A DNA stretch of 64,000 nt from an uncultured Bacilli bacterium. Lineage in GTDB: Bacteria > Bacillota_I > Bacilli_A > RFN20 > CAG-449. The stretch spans positions 75,986 through 139,985 of the forward strand of contig CANRPC010000001.1 in NCBI GenBank assembly GCA_947632435.1, written 5' to 3'. The position numbers were made by a program, and so were the translations under genes. The notes under the pieces were generated by a model. That model saw only the letters and a list, made by a program, of their open reading frames with translations. It ran no database searches and was not told the origin of the DNA. Shown piece after piece: positions 10,565 to 19,966 of the stretch (position 1 is its first letter; each line of letters starts with the position of its first letter).

Positions 10565-11968
10565 ATGGGATTATTTAATAGCAAATCTTTAGAAGAAAAA
10601 GAAGAATTAAAGCGTAAAGAAGAACAAGAAAAATTACTTGAAAAGCAACGTGATCGTATTTATAAAGAAACAATTAATTATCAAAAAGAACATCAAAAAG
10701 AATTAAAAGTTGCTCCGCAAGATAGTTTTATTTCTTTACAACATATTAACAAGATTTATGGAAATAGAGTTCAAGCAGTTTTTGATTTTAATCTTGAAAT
10801 TAAAGAACATGAATTCGTAGTACTTGTTGGCCCTTCAGGATGTGGTAAATCGACAACTTTAAGAATGGTCGCAGGACTTGAAGCTATCACTTCTGGTGAT
10901 TTATATATTGATAAAGTTTATTCTAATGATTTAGAGCCTAAAGATCGTAATTTATCAATGGTATTCCAAAATTATGCTCTTTATCCTCATATGTCAGTAT
11001 ATAATAATATGGCATTTGGTTTAAAAATGCGTAAGTTACCAAAAAATGAAATTGATGAAAAAGTTCATCGTGTAGCAAAAATCCTTCAACTAGAAGATTA
11101 TTTAGATCGTAAACCAAAAGCATTATCAGGTGGTCAATGTCAAAGAGTGGCTTTAGGTAGAGCAATTGTTCGCGATACAAAATTATTCTTAATGGATGAG
11201 CCTTTATCAAATCTTGATGCTAAATTAAGAGTGCAAATGAGAAGTGAAATTGTCAATTTACATGAAACATTAGGTTCAACCACAATTTATGTTACTCACG
11301 ATCAAACAGAAGCAATGACAATGGCAACAAGAATTGTCGTTATGAATAAAGGACGTATTCAACAAGTTGGTACGCCTAAAGAAGTTTATAATCATCCTAG
11401 CAATATTTTTGTGGCCACATTTATTGGTTCTCCAGCGATGAATATATTATCCGCGACTTATGATAAAGGAAAAGTTATTTTAAAAAACGGATTTGAAATT
11501 CAATTGCTTGAAGAACAAATAAAATTACATGATGAATTTTATAAAAATGAATATGATTCTCTTATGAAAAGAAAAGATGAACTTCTTCATAATGAAGAAA
11601 CATTAAGTGAAGAAGAAAAAATTCTCAATAAACAAGAAATTGAAAAAATTGAAAAACATTTAGAAACGATTAAAGAATATCGACAAAGTAATAACCATCC
11701 AATTTATTTTGGAGTTCGTCCAGAAAATATTACCGAAGAAGGTTTGTCAACTAATGCGACAAAACTATCTACTCCGCTTGAAATTGAAGTATTTACTGCT
11801 GAATTATTAGGGCAAGAATATTATATTCATGCTAATATTAAAGATGAAAGACTTATTTCCAAGATTTCCGCGATTAGAGATATTTCCAATCATGAAAAGA
11901 TGAAATTAGTCTTTGATTTAGAAAAGATTCATCTTTTTGATATGATGACACAAAAATATATGGCATGA
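10565..11968 (+). CDS. msmK: Sugar ABC transporter ATP-binding protein (MsmK/MalK family) with an N-terminal coiled-coil extension and an insertion in the C-terminal regulatory domain
   Basis: Walker A (GPSGCGKST), Q-loop, signature (LSGGQCQRV), Walker B (LFLMDEP), H-loop (VTHDQ). About 65 extra charged residues at the N-terminus and a ~60-aa charged heptad-like insertion in the TOBE-like C-terminal domain. 467 aa, versus about 370 for typical MalK. Confidence 0.8.
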   Translation: MGLFNSKSLEEKEELKRKEEQEKLLEKQRDRIYKETINYQKEHQKELKVAPQDSFISLQHINKIYGNRVQAVFDFNLEIKEHEFVVLVGPSGCGKSTTLRMVAGLEAITSGDLYIDKVYSNDLEPKDRNLSMVFQNYALYPHMSVYNNMAFGLKMRKLPKNEIDEKVHRVAKILQLEDYLDRKPKALSGGQCQRVALGRAIVRDTKLFLMDEPLSNLDAKLRVQMRSEIVNLHETLGSTTIYVTHDQTEAMTMATRIVVMNKGRIQQVGTPKEVYNHPSNIFVATFIGSPAMNILSATYDKGKVILKNGFEIQLLEEQIKLHDEFYKNEYDSLMKRKDELLHNEETLSEEEKILNKQEIEKIEKHLETIKEYRQSNNHPIYFGVRPENITEEGLSTNATKLSTPLEIEVFTAELLGQEYYIHANIKDERLISKISAIRDISNHEKMKLVFDLEKIHLFDMMTQKYMA

Positions 11969-12459
11969 GTTACAATTTATTAGATGATAAATATATTCAA
12001 GATTTAAAAAAGAAAATTACTAATTATCGTTTAAGTATAATTTTCTTATTGCTACTTGGAATATTAATAACGTTTTTGATTTTTTTCTTTCAAACTAGAA
12101 AGACAATGACGATTTTCATATGGCTTGGAACATTATCAATAAGTATTATTTTAATTACCATTTCATTTATTGTTTTTACTTTATATGAACCAAAACAAAA
12201 GGTTTTACAAAAACTTAATAAAGCAAAAAAAAATTCACCTATTAAATATGATTTTTTGCTTACTAATTATTATGAAAATTATGTTACATATGATGGCTTT
12301 CATGCTAAAAAAATAATGGTAAGAAATAATGATAGTGAAATAGATTTAACATATTTTTTAAATGCTGAAGACGCTATTAAATTAGAAATCGGAAAACATT
12401 ATGAAATGGAAGTTGTAGATCGTCTTATCCTTTTCATAAAGGAGAAACAAGATGAATGA
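11965..12459 (+). CDS. Hypothetical small membrane protein (2 TM)
   Basis: 164-aa ORF overlapping the msmK stop. Two hydrophobic helices. No recognisable motif. Confidence 0.3.
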   Translation: MSYNLLDDKYIQDLKKKITNYRLSIIFLLLLGILITFLIFFFQTRKTMTIFIWLGTLSISIILITISFIVFTLYEPKQKVLQKLNKAKKNSPIKYDFLLTNYYENYVTYDGFHAKKIMVRNNDSEIDLTYFLNAEDAIKLEIGKHYEMEVVDRLILFIKEKQDE

Positions 12460-13096
12460 ACTTACAAAACGTAAAATAAAACATTATATTGAATATAATT
12501 GGATTATCATTATATTAATTTTTATTATAACTTATGTTTTTTTCTTCTATACGATATCAAATATTGATGCTTATAAAAGTTATGAACAATTAAATTTTTT
12601 TATTGTTGCGCGAGCTTTAAAGGATGAAGATTTAAAAAACGATTTAATGAATCAAGATAAACGAATTCTTAAATATAATTGGTATTTATATCCTCCTGAA
12701 TTAGATAATTTATATGTCCTTTATCAAGCATTTGGTGAAAACGCTGATATATTATTATTTAGTAAAAGTGATTTAGAAGATTTATCTTCGACAATTAAAG
12801 GAACATTTTTACAAATTGAAGGTGAATTTAAAAACTCATTAATGGAAGGTGTTAAAGAATTAGAAACATTTCAATATGAAAATAAAGATTATGGATTAAA
12901 AATATTTGATTGCAATAATGAAGATTATAATAATAAATATAATTTTTCAGCTTTTTTAGATTTTGCAAATAATGATGATTATTATTTAGTTTTTGCCAAA
13001 AATAGTAAAAAGTTTTGTGAATGTGGAAATAATTCTAATGATATGGCTCTAGTTGCTGCGAATACTATTTTAAGGAGATATGCCTATGAAAGTTAA
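12452..13096 (+). CDS. Hypothetical protein with an N-terminal TM anchor
   Basis: 214-aa ORF overlapping its neighbours (translational coupling). One N-terminal hydrophobic helix. Confidence 0.3.
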   Translation: MNELTKRKIKHYIEYNWIIIILIFIITYVFFFYTISNIDAYKSYEQLNFFIVARALKDEDLKNDLMNQDKRILKYNWYLYPPELDNLYVLYQAFGENADILLFSKSDLEDLSSTIKGTFLQIEGEFKNSLMEGVKELETFQYENKDYGLKIFDCNNEDYNNKYNFSAFLDFANNDDYYLVFAKNSKKFCECGNNSNDMALVAANTILRRYAYES

Positions 13097-13898
13097 ATAT
13101 AATAGTAATTTGCCACGTACACGTTTTGAACAAATAATTGATGTTCTACATTATCATCTTTTTGAAATAATTATTGCAAGTATCTATACTTTTTTATTTT
13201 CTCTTCCTGCATTTTTATGGATAATATTTACTTCTTCTACTTCAATTTTTCAAGGAGAATATTTATTAAATGTCATCTTGATTTATGGAGTATTAGCAAT
13301 TTTAATTGGAGTAATGGGATTAGGATATGCTGGAGGTTTATATTTTTTTAAACGCTTACTATTTAATGAAGGGGTAAATATAAATAAAGATTATATTATT
13401 GGGATAAAGAAAAATGGAAAAAATTTATTTATTATCTTTTTGTTACTTGGATTAAGTTATTTATTATTACATACTTCTATATCCATGATTAATAATTTAA
13501 ACTTAGAAATAAATTTAAAAATAATTATGATAGGTATATCATATGCTTTATTTTTTATTATCATGATAATTATCTTATTTATGGCAACTCAGACAATATT
13601 ATACCAAGCATCATTTAAGCAATTATTATTAAATGGAATTTTATTTTGCTTTGGATATTTATATAAAAATATTTTTATTTTATTAATCTCTTGTTTACCA
13701 TTTATATTTTTTGAATTTTCTCTGATTGATATTTTAAAGTGGCTTAGTGTTTTAATATCGATGGGATTTTATTTTGGATTTTCACAAGTTGTACTTACTT
13801 CATTTTCATTTCATGTATTTGATTTAACAATTAACAAAAAACAATTTAAGGATTATTTAAGGAAAGGATTAGCAAAAAATGAAACAGATAACCTCTAA
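13080..13898 (+). CDS. Polytopic membrane protein, possibly DUF624/YesL-like (a family often encoded beside sugar ABC transporters)
   Basis: 272 aa with 5-6 TM helices. Position within a carbohydrate-utilisation operon. Family assignment is weak. Confidence 0.3.
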   Translation: MPMKVKYNSNLPRTRFEQIIDVLHYHLFEIIIASIYTFLFSLPAFLWIIFTSSTSIFQGEYLLNVILIYGVLAILIGVMGLGYAGGLYFFKRLLFNEGVNINKDYIIGIKKNGKNLFIIFLLLGLSYLLLHTSISMINNLNLEINLKIIMIGISYALFFIIMIIILFMATQTILYQASFKQLLLNGILFCFGYLYKNIFILLISCLPFIFFEFSLIDILKWLSVLISMGFYFGFSQVVLTSFSFHVFDLTINKKQFKDYLRKGLAKNETDNL

Positions 13899-15180
13899 AT
13901 TTAATGATTATTTTAAAGAATATAAACTAAAAAGTAGTGAGGAAACTCCACTTATTAAAGTTGATGAAACAGTATTTTTTCAAACACATTTAGGATTTGG
14001 TGGAGCTTTTACCGATGCTGCATGTTCGATTTTTTTAATGTTAGATGAAAAGCAAAAAGACGAAGTTATAAAAGCATATTTTTCTTTAGAAGGACTTAAT
14101 TATAACTTAGGAAGAATGACAATTGGATCTTGTGATTTTTCACGCTTTGAATACGATTATATTAAAGATTATAATGGTGAAGATTTTGCTTTAAATCATG
14201 ATAAAGAATATATTTTTGAATTTTTAAAAAGAGCAAATAAAGAAAATAAATTAACACTTATGGCTTCTTCTTGGTCAGCACCAAAAATGTATAAAACAAA
14301 TTTTGATAAATGTCATGGTGGTTATTTAAAAAAAGAATGCTATTCTTTATATGCAAAATATATGGTTAATTACATTAAACATATGTCTAAAGAAGGCTTT
14401 GATATCACATATTTAACAATTCAAAATGAACCAGAAGCAGTCCAAACATGGGAATCTTGTATTTTTACTCCTCAAGAAGAATTTGCTCTTGCAAAATGTA
14501 TTTATAAGGAGTTAAAAACTTATTCTTTAGATACAAAATTACTTCTTTGGGATCATAATCGTGATTCAATTGTAAATAGAGTTAAAGGTTATTATGAAGA
14601 TAAAGATGCCGAGGAAATAATTTATGGTTTTGCTTATCATTGGTATGATAATGGTTTTTATGATAATTTAACTATTGTTCATAATATGTGCCCTAATAAA
14701 CATCTTTTCTTCACTGAGGGATGTATTGAATTATTAAATTTGAATAAAGATGATCCAAAAAGTGCTTCAGGAACAATGCAAAATGCCTTACGTTATGCCA
14801 AAAATTATATTATGGATAGTTTGAACTATTCAGAAGCTTTTATTGATTGGAATTTACTTTTAAATGAACATGGTGGTCCAAATCATGTTGGTAATTATTG
14901 TGAAGCTTTAATAATGTTTGATAAAGACTTAAATAAATTGATATATAATCCTTCATATTATGTTGTTAAACATTTTGCTCACTTTATAAAAAAAGGCGCT
15001 AAAAGAATTAAGATTGAAAATGAAAGTGATATTCTTGCTACATCATATTTAAATCCTAATAATGAAGTAGTGGTTATTTTGTCAAATGAAAAAGAAGCAA
15101 CTTCTTTAACTCTTGAAATTAAAAATCAGAAGGTTTTGGTGGAATTACCTGCATATTCAATTACGACAATTATCTGCTAA
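13879..15180 (+). CDS. GH30 glycoside hydrolase (glucosylceramidase / endo-beta-1,6-glucanase-like), cytoplasmic
   Basis: The N-terminal region FQTHLGFGGAFTDAA is characteristic of GH30. The TIQNEPE region is consistent with a (beta/alpha)8 GH-A fold. No signal peptide. Confidence 0.65.
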   Translation: MKQITSKFNDYFKEYKLKSSEETPLIKVDETVFFQTHLGFGGAFTDAACSIFLMLDEKQKDEVIKAYFSLEGLNYNLGRMTIGSCDFSRFEYDYIKDYNGEDFALNHDKEYIFEFLKRANKENKLTLMASSWSAPKMYKTNFDKCHGGYLKKECYSLYAKYMVNYIKHMSKEGFDITYLTIQNEPEAVQTWESCIFTPQEEFALAKCIYKELKTYSLDTKLLLWDHNRDSIVNRVKGYYEDKDAEEIIYGFAYHWYDNGFYDNLTIVHNMCPNKHLFFTEGCIELLNLNKDDPKSASGTMQNALRYAKNYIMDSLNYSEAFIDWNLLLNEHGGPNHVGNYCEALIMFDKDLNKLIYNPSYYVVKHFAHFIKKGAKRIKIENESDILATSYLNPNNEVVVILSNEKEATSLTLEIKNQKVLVELPAYSITTIIC

Positions 15181-15206
15181 CTAATATTAAAAATGGAGAA
15201 TTATAC

Positions 15207-16625
15207 ATGGAAAAACCCAAGATTATAAAAATATTACCAATAAGTTTATTTTGTTCTTTGTTATTATCTTGTAATATTAATGTTACTTCAAAAATAACTT
15301 CATCTTCTAAAGAAACTTATAATGAAGTTAGTACATCAAAAGATGATTCTCAAATATCAAGTGAAACTTCTTCTTGTGAATCAACAACTTCAACCTCGAA
15401 CTCTTTAAGTTTTAATAATGAAGAAGAATTATTAATAAATAATGATTTTAATAGTTTATCTAGTTGGCAACTTATTGAAAGTCATGGATGTATTATAAAA
15501 GAAAAAAGTCATGGTAATTCTGAATTAGTTTTAGATGTCAATAATAGTTCTGCGATTGAAACTTGGTCTGCTCAATTAATTCAAAATTCTATTCCTTTGA
15601 AATATGGAAAAGAATATAAAGTTGAATTTATAATTAAAAGTTCTATTGATCGACCATTTAATTTTGTTCTTCAATCCATGGATTATTCTAAATACTTAAT
15701 TAATGAAATCATTGAATTGAAAGCAAATCAAGAGTATCATTTTTTTAAAATTGTTACTTGTAAAGTAGAAACATCTTATCTTTATGGTTTCTTATTAGGA
15801 AAAATTAATAACATTACAAATAATCAACATGAAATAACTATTAAAAATGTATCTTTAATTGGTGAAAAAAATAAACAAGAAACTGAAGGTTTAGATGGTA
15901 CAACTTCAATTCCACCTAGTGAAAGTCATTCAAGAAAACTACTTTGGAGTGATGAATTTAATGAAGAAGAAGTTGATAAAACAAAATGGACTTTTGAAAT
16001 TGGAAATGGTGCAGGTGGATGGGGAAATAACGAATTACAATACTATACAGATCGTAAGGAAAATGTCAAAGTTAGTAATGGTTCTTTAAAAATTATTGCT
16101 TTAAATGATCGTTATTTGAACTATAATTATTCTTCAACACGTATAATTTCTAAAGATAAATTTGAATTTCATTATGGATATGTTGAAGCTCGTATAGCTT
16201 TACCTTCTTTAGTTGGTATTTGGCCAGCATTTTGGATGCTAGGGGCAAATATTGATGAAGTTAGTTGGCCTAAATGTGGTGAAATAGATATTATGGAAGC
16301 AATTAATGATGAAAGTAAAGTATATTCAACGCTTCATTATAATGAAAATAATCATGTTTCAAAAGGTAATAATGGAAAAATGATTGTTGATAGAACTGAT
16401 TATCATATTTATGGTATGGAATGGCAAGAAGACATAATGAAATTTTATTTAGATGATGTCAATATATTTGAATTTGCTATTTCTTCAAATAATGGAACAA
16501 GTGCATTCCAAAAAGATTTCTTCTTTATTTTTAATGTTGCTGTAGGTGGTAATTGGCCTGGATTTAATATAGGAACAGCATTTCCTCAGACGATGAGTGT
16601 TGATTATCTAAGAGTTTATCAATAA
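15207..16625 (+). CDS. GH16 beta-glucanase lipoprotein with a Ser/Thr-rich linker and an N-terminal putative carbohydrate-binding region
   Basis: Signal peptide plus lipobox (LLSC). S/T-rich linker. C-terminal GH16 motif CGEIDIMEA and WPAFWMLG. Confidence 0.7.
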   Translation: MEKPKIIKILPISLFCSLLLSCNINVTSKITSSSKETYNEVSTSKDDSQISSETSSCESTTSTSNSLSFNNEEELLINNDFNSLSSWQLIESHGCIIKEKSHGNSELVLDVNNSSAIETWSAQLIQNSIPLKYGKEYKVEFIIKSSIDRPFNFVLQSMDYSKYLINEIIELKANQEYHFFKIVTCKVETSYLYGFLLGKINNITNNQHEITIKNVSLIGEKNKQETEGLDGTTSIPPSESHSRKLLWSDEFNEEEVDKTKWTFEIGNGAGGWGNNELQYYTDRKENVKVSNGSLKIIALNDRYLNYNYSSTRIISKDKFEFHYGYVEARIALPSLVGIWPAFWMLGANIDEVSWPKCGEIDIMEAINDESKVYSTLHYNENNHVSKGNNGKMIVDRTDYHIYGMEWQEDIMKFYLDDVNIFEFAISSNNGTSAFQKDFFFIFNVAVGGNWPGFNIGTAFPQTMSVDYLRVYQ

Positions 16626-16666
16626 AAATATTTTGATAATTGATACATTTTAAATTCAATTATCTA

Positions 16667-16716
16667 GAAATCGATTTCCAACAAACATTGAAAATGAAAG
16701 CGGTTTCATTTATAAT
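16667..16716 (+). promoter_or_regulatory. Promoter of the surface-protein gene. It comprises a perfect 12-bp palindrome GAAATCGATTTC (16667-16678), a -35-like TTGAAA (16688-16693), a cre-like site TGAAAGCGGTTTCA (16695-16708) in the spacer, and a -10 TATAAT (16711-16716).
   Basis: Read directly. cre consensus WTGNAANCGNWNNCW. The same architecture recurs at 19890-19939 upstream of the paralogous gene. Confidence 0.5.
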
Positions 16717-16742
16717 ATAAAAGATGAAAGGAATGAAAATTA

Positions 16743-18764
16743 ATGAAAACTAAAAATAAATCAAAATTATTAATTCTTGCAGCATTAACCTTAGTTAGTT
16801 CTTCAGCTGTAAGTTTAAAATCCTATGTTTTTCCACAAGAAAATATCATAGTAAAAGCTAAAGAAGTTTCGATAAATATTGATGCTTCTCAAACTAAAAT
16901 TGAAGGTGCGGGAGTTATAATATTTTTAAGTGATAAACCAAATATTACAGTCGATAATCTTAAAGTCACTATTAAAAGCTTTGAATCCACACAATTTGAA
17001 AACTATAAAGACACAATTCTTTCTAAAGGCATAGAAAATCCTGAATATAATCCTGAAAATGGACGTTTTTATGGCACCATTTCTAATGGTTTCCCTAATG
17101 GTTCTGATGTTAAAATTCTTATTAATGTTTCTTATGAACTAAATGGTGATACTTATTCTAAAGATCTTTTATTTGAAGGAAATAAATATAATCCAAATTA
17201 TGGTTTAAGTGCTTTAAATGCTCCTATGAATGCAAAAATTATTAATAACGTGTTAACTTTTGATGAAGTTAGTAATGCCACAGGATATCATATTGAATAT
17301 CGTAAAGAGAATAAAGTTGATAAAGTCTATGAACAAGATGTTCAAAATGGTGAAACTTTAAATCCGATTATTGCTCAAGGAACATATTATGTATTTATTA
17401 AAGCATTAGGTGATGGTGAAACTTATGGTGATTCAGAATATATTGAAGTAGATGGAACTTATATTGCTCAAGAAATTGAAGCACTTCCTATTCAAATTGA
17501 TGCCTCTTTAACTAAAATTGAAGGTGCTGGTGTTGAAATATATTTTGCTGAAATGCCTGATATTTCACTTTCTGATATTAATATAACAATACTAGATTTT
17601 GAATCAACGCAATTTGCTAACTACAAAGATTCAATTATGAATAATGGATTTAATAAAGTTGATTATAATCCTTCAACAGGACGTTTTTTTGGCACGATTG
17701 CTAATGGTTTTCCTAATGATTCTGATGTTGTAATAACATTTAGAATTATGTATTCATATAATGAATCTTTATATATGCAGGATTTAGTATTTGTTAGTAA
17801 TGTATATAAAGCAAATTATGGTTCATTAATTACTTTAGATAGTCCAACAAATGCTAGAGTTGAAGGTAATAAAATTTTCTTTGATGAAGTAGCTAATGCA
17901 AGTTCTTATCATATTCAATATCATAAAGAAAGTGATGATTCAGTTGTCTTTGAAAGTGATATAACTTCTGGTTCCGAATTAGAAAGTAGATTAGATGCTG
18001 GTTCTTATAAAATATATATTAAAGCGGTCGGAGATGAAGAAAACTATGCTGATTCAATATATGTTGAAGCATCTAATATTTATGTAGTTAGTGAAAAAGA
18101 ATTACCAACTGTTGGAGAACCAATTGCAATTGATGAAGAGCAAACGAAAATAACAGGCGCGGCAGTTGAAATATATTTAAAAGATAAACCAAATATTCCT
18201 TCTATTGCTATTCAAGCTAAACTTGTTTATTTTGATTCTAAAGAAGGAGATCCAAATAATCTTCTTGAATCACAATTCTTAAGTAAAGAATATAATCAAG
18301 AAAATGGGAGATTATTCTTAACTTTAGCAAATGGTTATGATGAATCATTGACACCAAAACATATCATTAAGATTTCTTATGAATTAAACGGAAAAACTTA
18401 TTTACAAGAATTACAATTTGTTAAAAATCAATATTGTACACTTGGCTTTACCTATGCTTTTGCCGAACAATGGAAACTTGATGAATCAGAAGTTAGATAT
18501 ATTGGAAAAGTGTATTTAGGTGATAAAACACTTGATGATTTAACAAAGAAATATTCCAAAATTAAATTCAAAATTGAAACAAAATATAATGGCGAAGATA
18601 AAATTGTGGAATTAGATACTAAATATGTTATGAAATCTATTAATGCTGGATTTAATGAAGAATTAACCGCAGAAGATGGTTGGTATTTCTGCTTAGTTAA
18701 TGTCAAAGTAGCAAGTGGAACAACAATTAGTAAAAATGCAGTAGTTACTGTTACAATAGAATAG
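16743..18764 (+). CDS. Secreted/surface protein with three ~200-aa internal repeats and a conserved C-terminal domain shared with 19967..22265
   Basis: N-terminal signal peptide. Repeat units begin IDASQTKIEGAGV / IDASLTKIEGAGV / IDEEQTKITGAAV, with about 620-bp nucleotide periodicity (16870, 17490, 18120). The C-terminus RYIGKVYLGDK...AEDGWYFC is paralogous to the end of the 20238 ORF. Confidence 0.5.
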   Translation: MKTKNKSKLLILAALTLVSSSAVSLKSYVFPQENIIVKAKEVSINIDASQTKIEGAGVIIFLSDKPNITVDNLKVTIKSFESTQFENYKDTILSKGIENPEYNPENGRFYGTISNGFPNGSDVKILINVSYELNGDTYSKDLLFEGNKYNPNYGLSALNAPMNAKIINNVLTFDEVSNATGYHIEYRKENKVDKVYEQDVQNGETLNPIIAQGTYYVFIKALGDGETYGDSEYIEVDGTYIAQEIEALPIQIDASLTKIEGAGVEIYFAEMPDISLSDINITILDFESTQFANYKDSIMNNGFNKVDYNPSTGRFFGTIANGFPNDSDVVITFRIMYSYNESLYMQDLVFVSNVYKANYGSLITLDSPTNARVEGNKIFFDEVANASSYHIQYHKESDDSVVFESDITSGSELESRLDAGSYKIYIKAVGDEENYADSIYVEASNIYVVSEKELPTVGEPIAIDEEQTKITGAAVEIYLKDKPNIPSIAIQAKLVYFDSKEGDPNNLLESQFLSKEYNQENGRLFLTLANGYDESLTPKHIIKISYELNGKTYLQELQFVKNQYCTLGFTYAFAEQWKLDESEVRYIGKVYLGDKTLDDLTKKYSKIKFKIETKYNGEDKIVELDTKYVMKSINAGFNEELTAEDGWYFCLVNVKVASGTTISKNAVVTVTIE

Positions 18765-18774
18765 GAGCAAAAAA

Positions 18775-19092
18775 ATGAAAAAGATTAAAAAAAGTGTTTT
18801 ATTAATTCTCAGCTTATGTGGATTAGTATTAGTTGGCTGTACATCTAAAACAAGTTCTTCTTCAAGTAATAAAGAACAAAGTTCATCTTTAGTTTCAGAA
18901 ACTACCTCAGAAGATTCTTTATCAACAGAAGAAGTTAATACAACAAGTCAATTAACTCCAACAAGTGAAAATAAAACTACTAAATCCGAGACAACCACAA
19001 GTAGTAAAGAGCAGACATCATCTAAAGAAGGCGGGTTTCAGCAAACTAGTGATAATTTAAGTGAGCAATGGGGTTCATTAATACCATATTAA
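18775..19092 (+). CDS. Small Ser/Thr-rich lipoprotein
   Basis: Signal peptide plus lipobox (LVGC). The low-complexity S/T/E-rich remainder is typical of a surface linker protein. Confidence 0.35.
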   Translation: MKKIKKSVLLILSLCGLVLVGCTSKTSSSSSNKEQSSSLVSETTSEDSLSTEEVNTTSQLTPTSENKTTKSETTTSSKEQTSSKEGGFQQTSDNLSEQWGSLIPY

Positions 19093-19101
19093 TATTTATA
19101 A

Positions 19102-19124
19102 CGGAGATTAGATATCTCCGTTTT
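19102..19124 (+). terminator. Rho-independent terminator
   Basis: Perfect hairpin CGGAGAT-tag-ATCTCCG followed by TTTTCTTT. Confidence 0.7.
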
Positions 19125-19142
19125 CTTTAGGAGAAAATTTAA

Positions 19143-19865
19143 ATGAAACTAATATTTATTCGCCATGGGGATCCCGATTATGAAAATAACACCTTAACAG
19201 AACAAGGATTTAAAGAAATAGCCTCTTTAGCGGATTATTATAAAGAATTAAATTTTAAAAAAGCATATTGTTCATCTTTAAATAGAGCTAAATTAACCGC
19301 AAAAGCTTTTTTAAAACCACATAATAAAAAAGCAATAATTTGTAATTGGCTAGATGAATTTGCTTTTAAAGTTAAAGTTCCTTATTCTAAAGAAACAGTT
19401 TTAAATATGGACTTTTTACCAAGTTTTTTTACAACCCAAGATGATTTTTATAATAATGATTGTTATTTAGATAATGAAGTAATGCGTTCAGCAAATATAA
19501 AAGAACATTATTATGAAGTAGTAAATAAATTTGATGAACTACTTGTTAAATATGGTTATATAAGAGAAGGTAAATTTTATAAAGTAAAAAAAGCAAATAA
19601 AGACACATTAATTTTTATTTGTCATTTTGGCATTATGAGTGTATTAATGTCGCACCTTATGGGAATACCATTTGTTTTATTAACTCAATCATTTATTTGC
19701 CCACCAAGTGGAGTAACAACTTTAGTTACTGAAGAAAGAGAAAAAGGAATAGCTCAATTTAGATGTTTAGAATATGGCAATATAGATCATTTAAAAAAAG
19801 CAAATATTAAGCCTAGTTTTATGGGTAGATTTTGTGAAATATATGAATCTAATGAACGACATTAA
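19143..19865 (+). CDS. Histidine phosphatase superfamily protein (phosphoglycerate mutase-like)
   Basis: N-terminal LIFIRHGD (the RHG catalytic motif), about 240 aa. Confidence 0.6.
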   Translation: MKLIFIRHGDPDYENNTLTEQGFKEIASLADYYKELNFKKAYCSSLNRAKLTAKAFLKPHNKKAIICNWLDEFAFKVKVPYSKETVLNMDFLPSFFTTQDDFYNNDCYLDNEVMRSANIKEHYYEVVNKFDELLVKYGYIREGKFYKVKKANKDTLIFICHFGIMSVLMSHLMGIPFVLLTQSFICPPSGVTTLVTEEREKGIAQFRCLEYGNIDHLKKANIKPSFMGRFCEIYESNERH

Positions 19866-19889
19866 TATGCTCAAAATAGATCAAGCTTA

Positions 19890-19939
19890 GAAATCGATTT
19901 CTATAAAATCTTGCAAATAAAACCGCTTTCATGTATAAT
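19890..19939 (+). promoter_or_regulatory. Promoter of the phase-variable surface-protein gene. It comprises the palindrome GAAATCGATTTC (19890-19901), a -35 TTGCAA (19911-19916), a cre-like site AAAACCGCTTTCA (19918-19931), and an extended -10 TGTTATAAT (19932-19939).
   Basis: Read directly. It is paralogous to 16667-16716. Confidence 0.5.
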
Positions 19940-19966
19940 TTATTTGAAAAGGAGAGAGTAAAAAAA

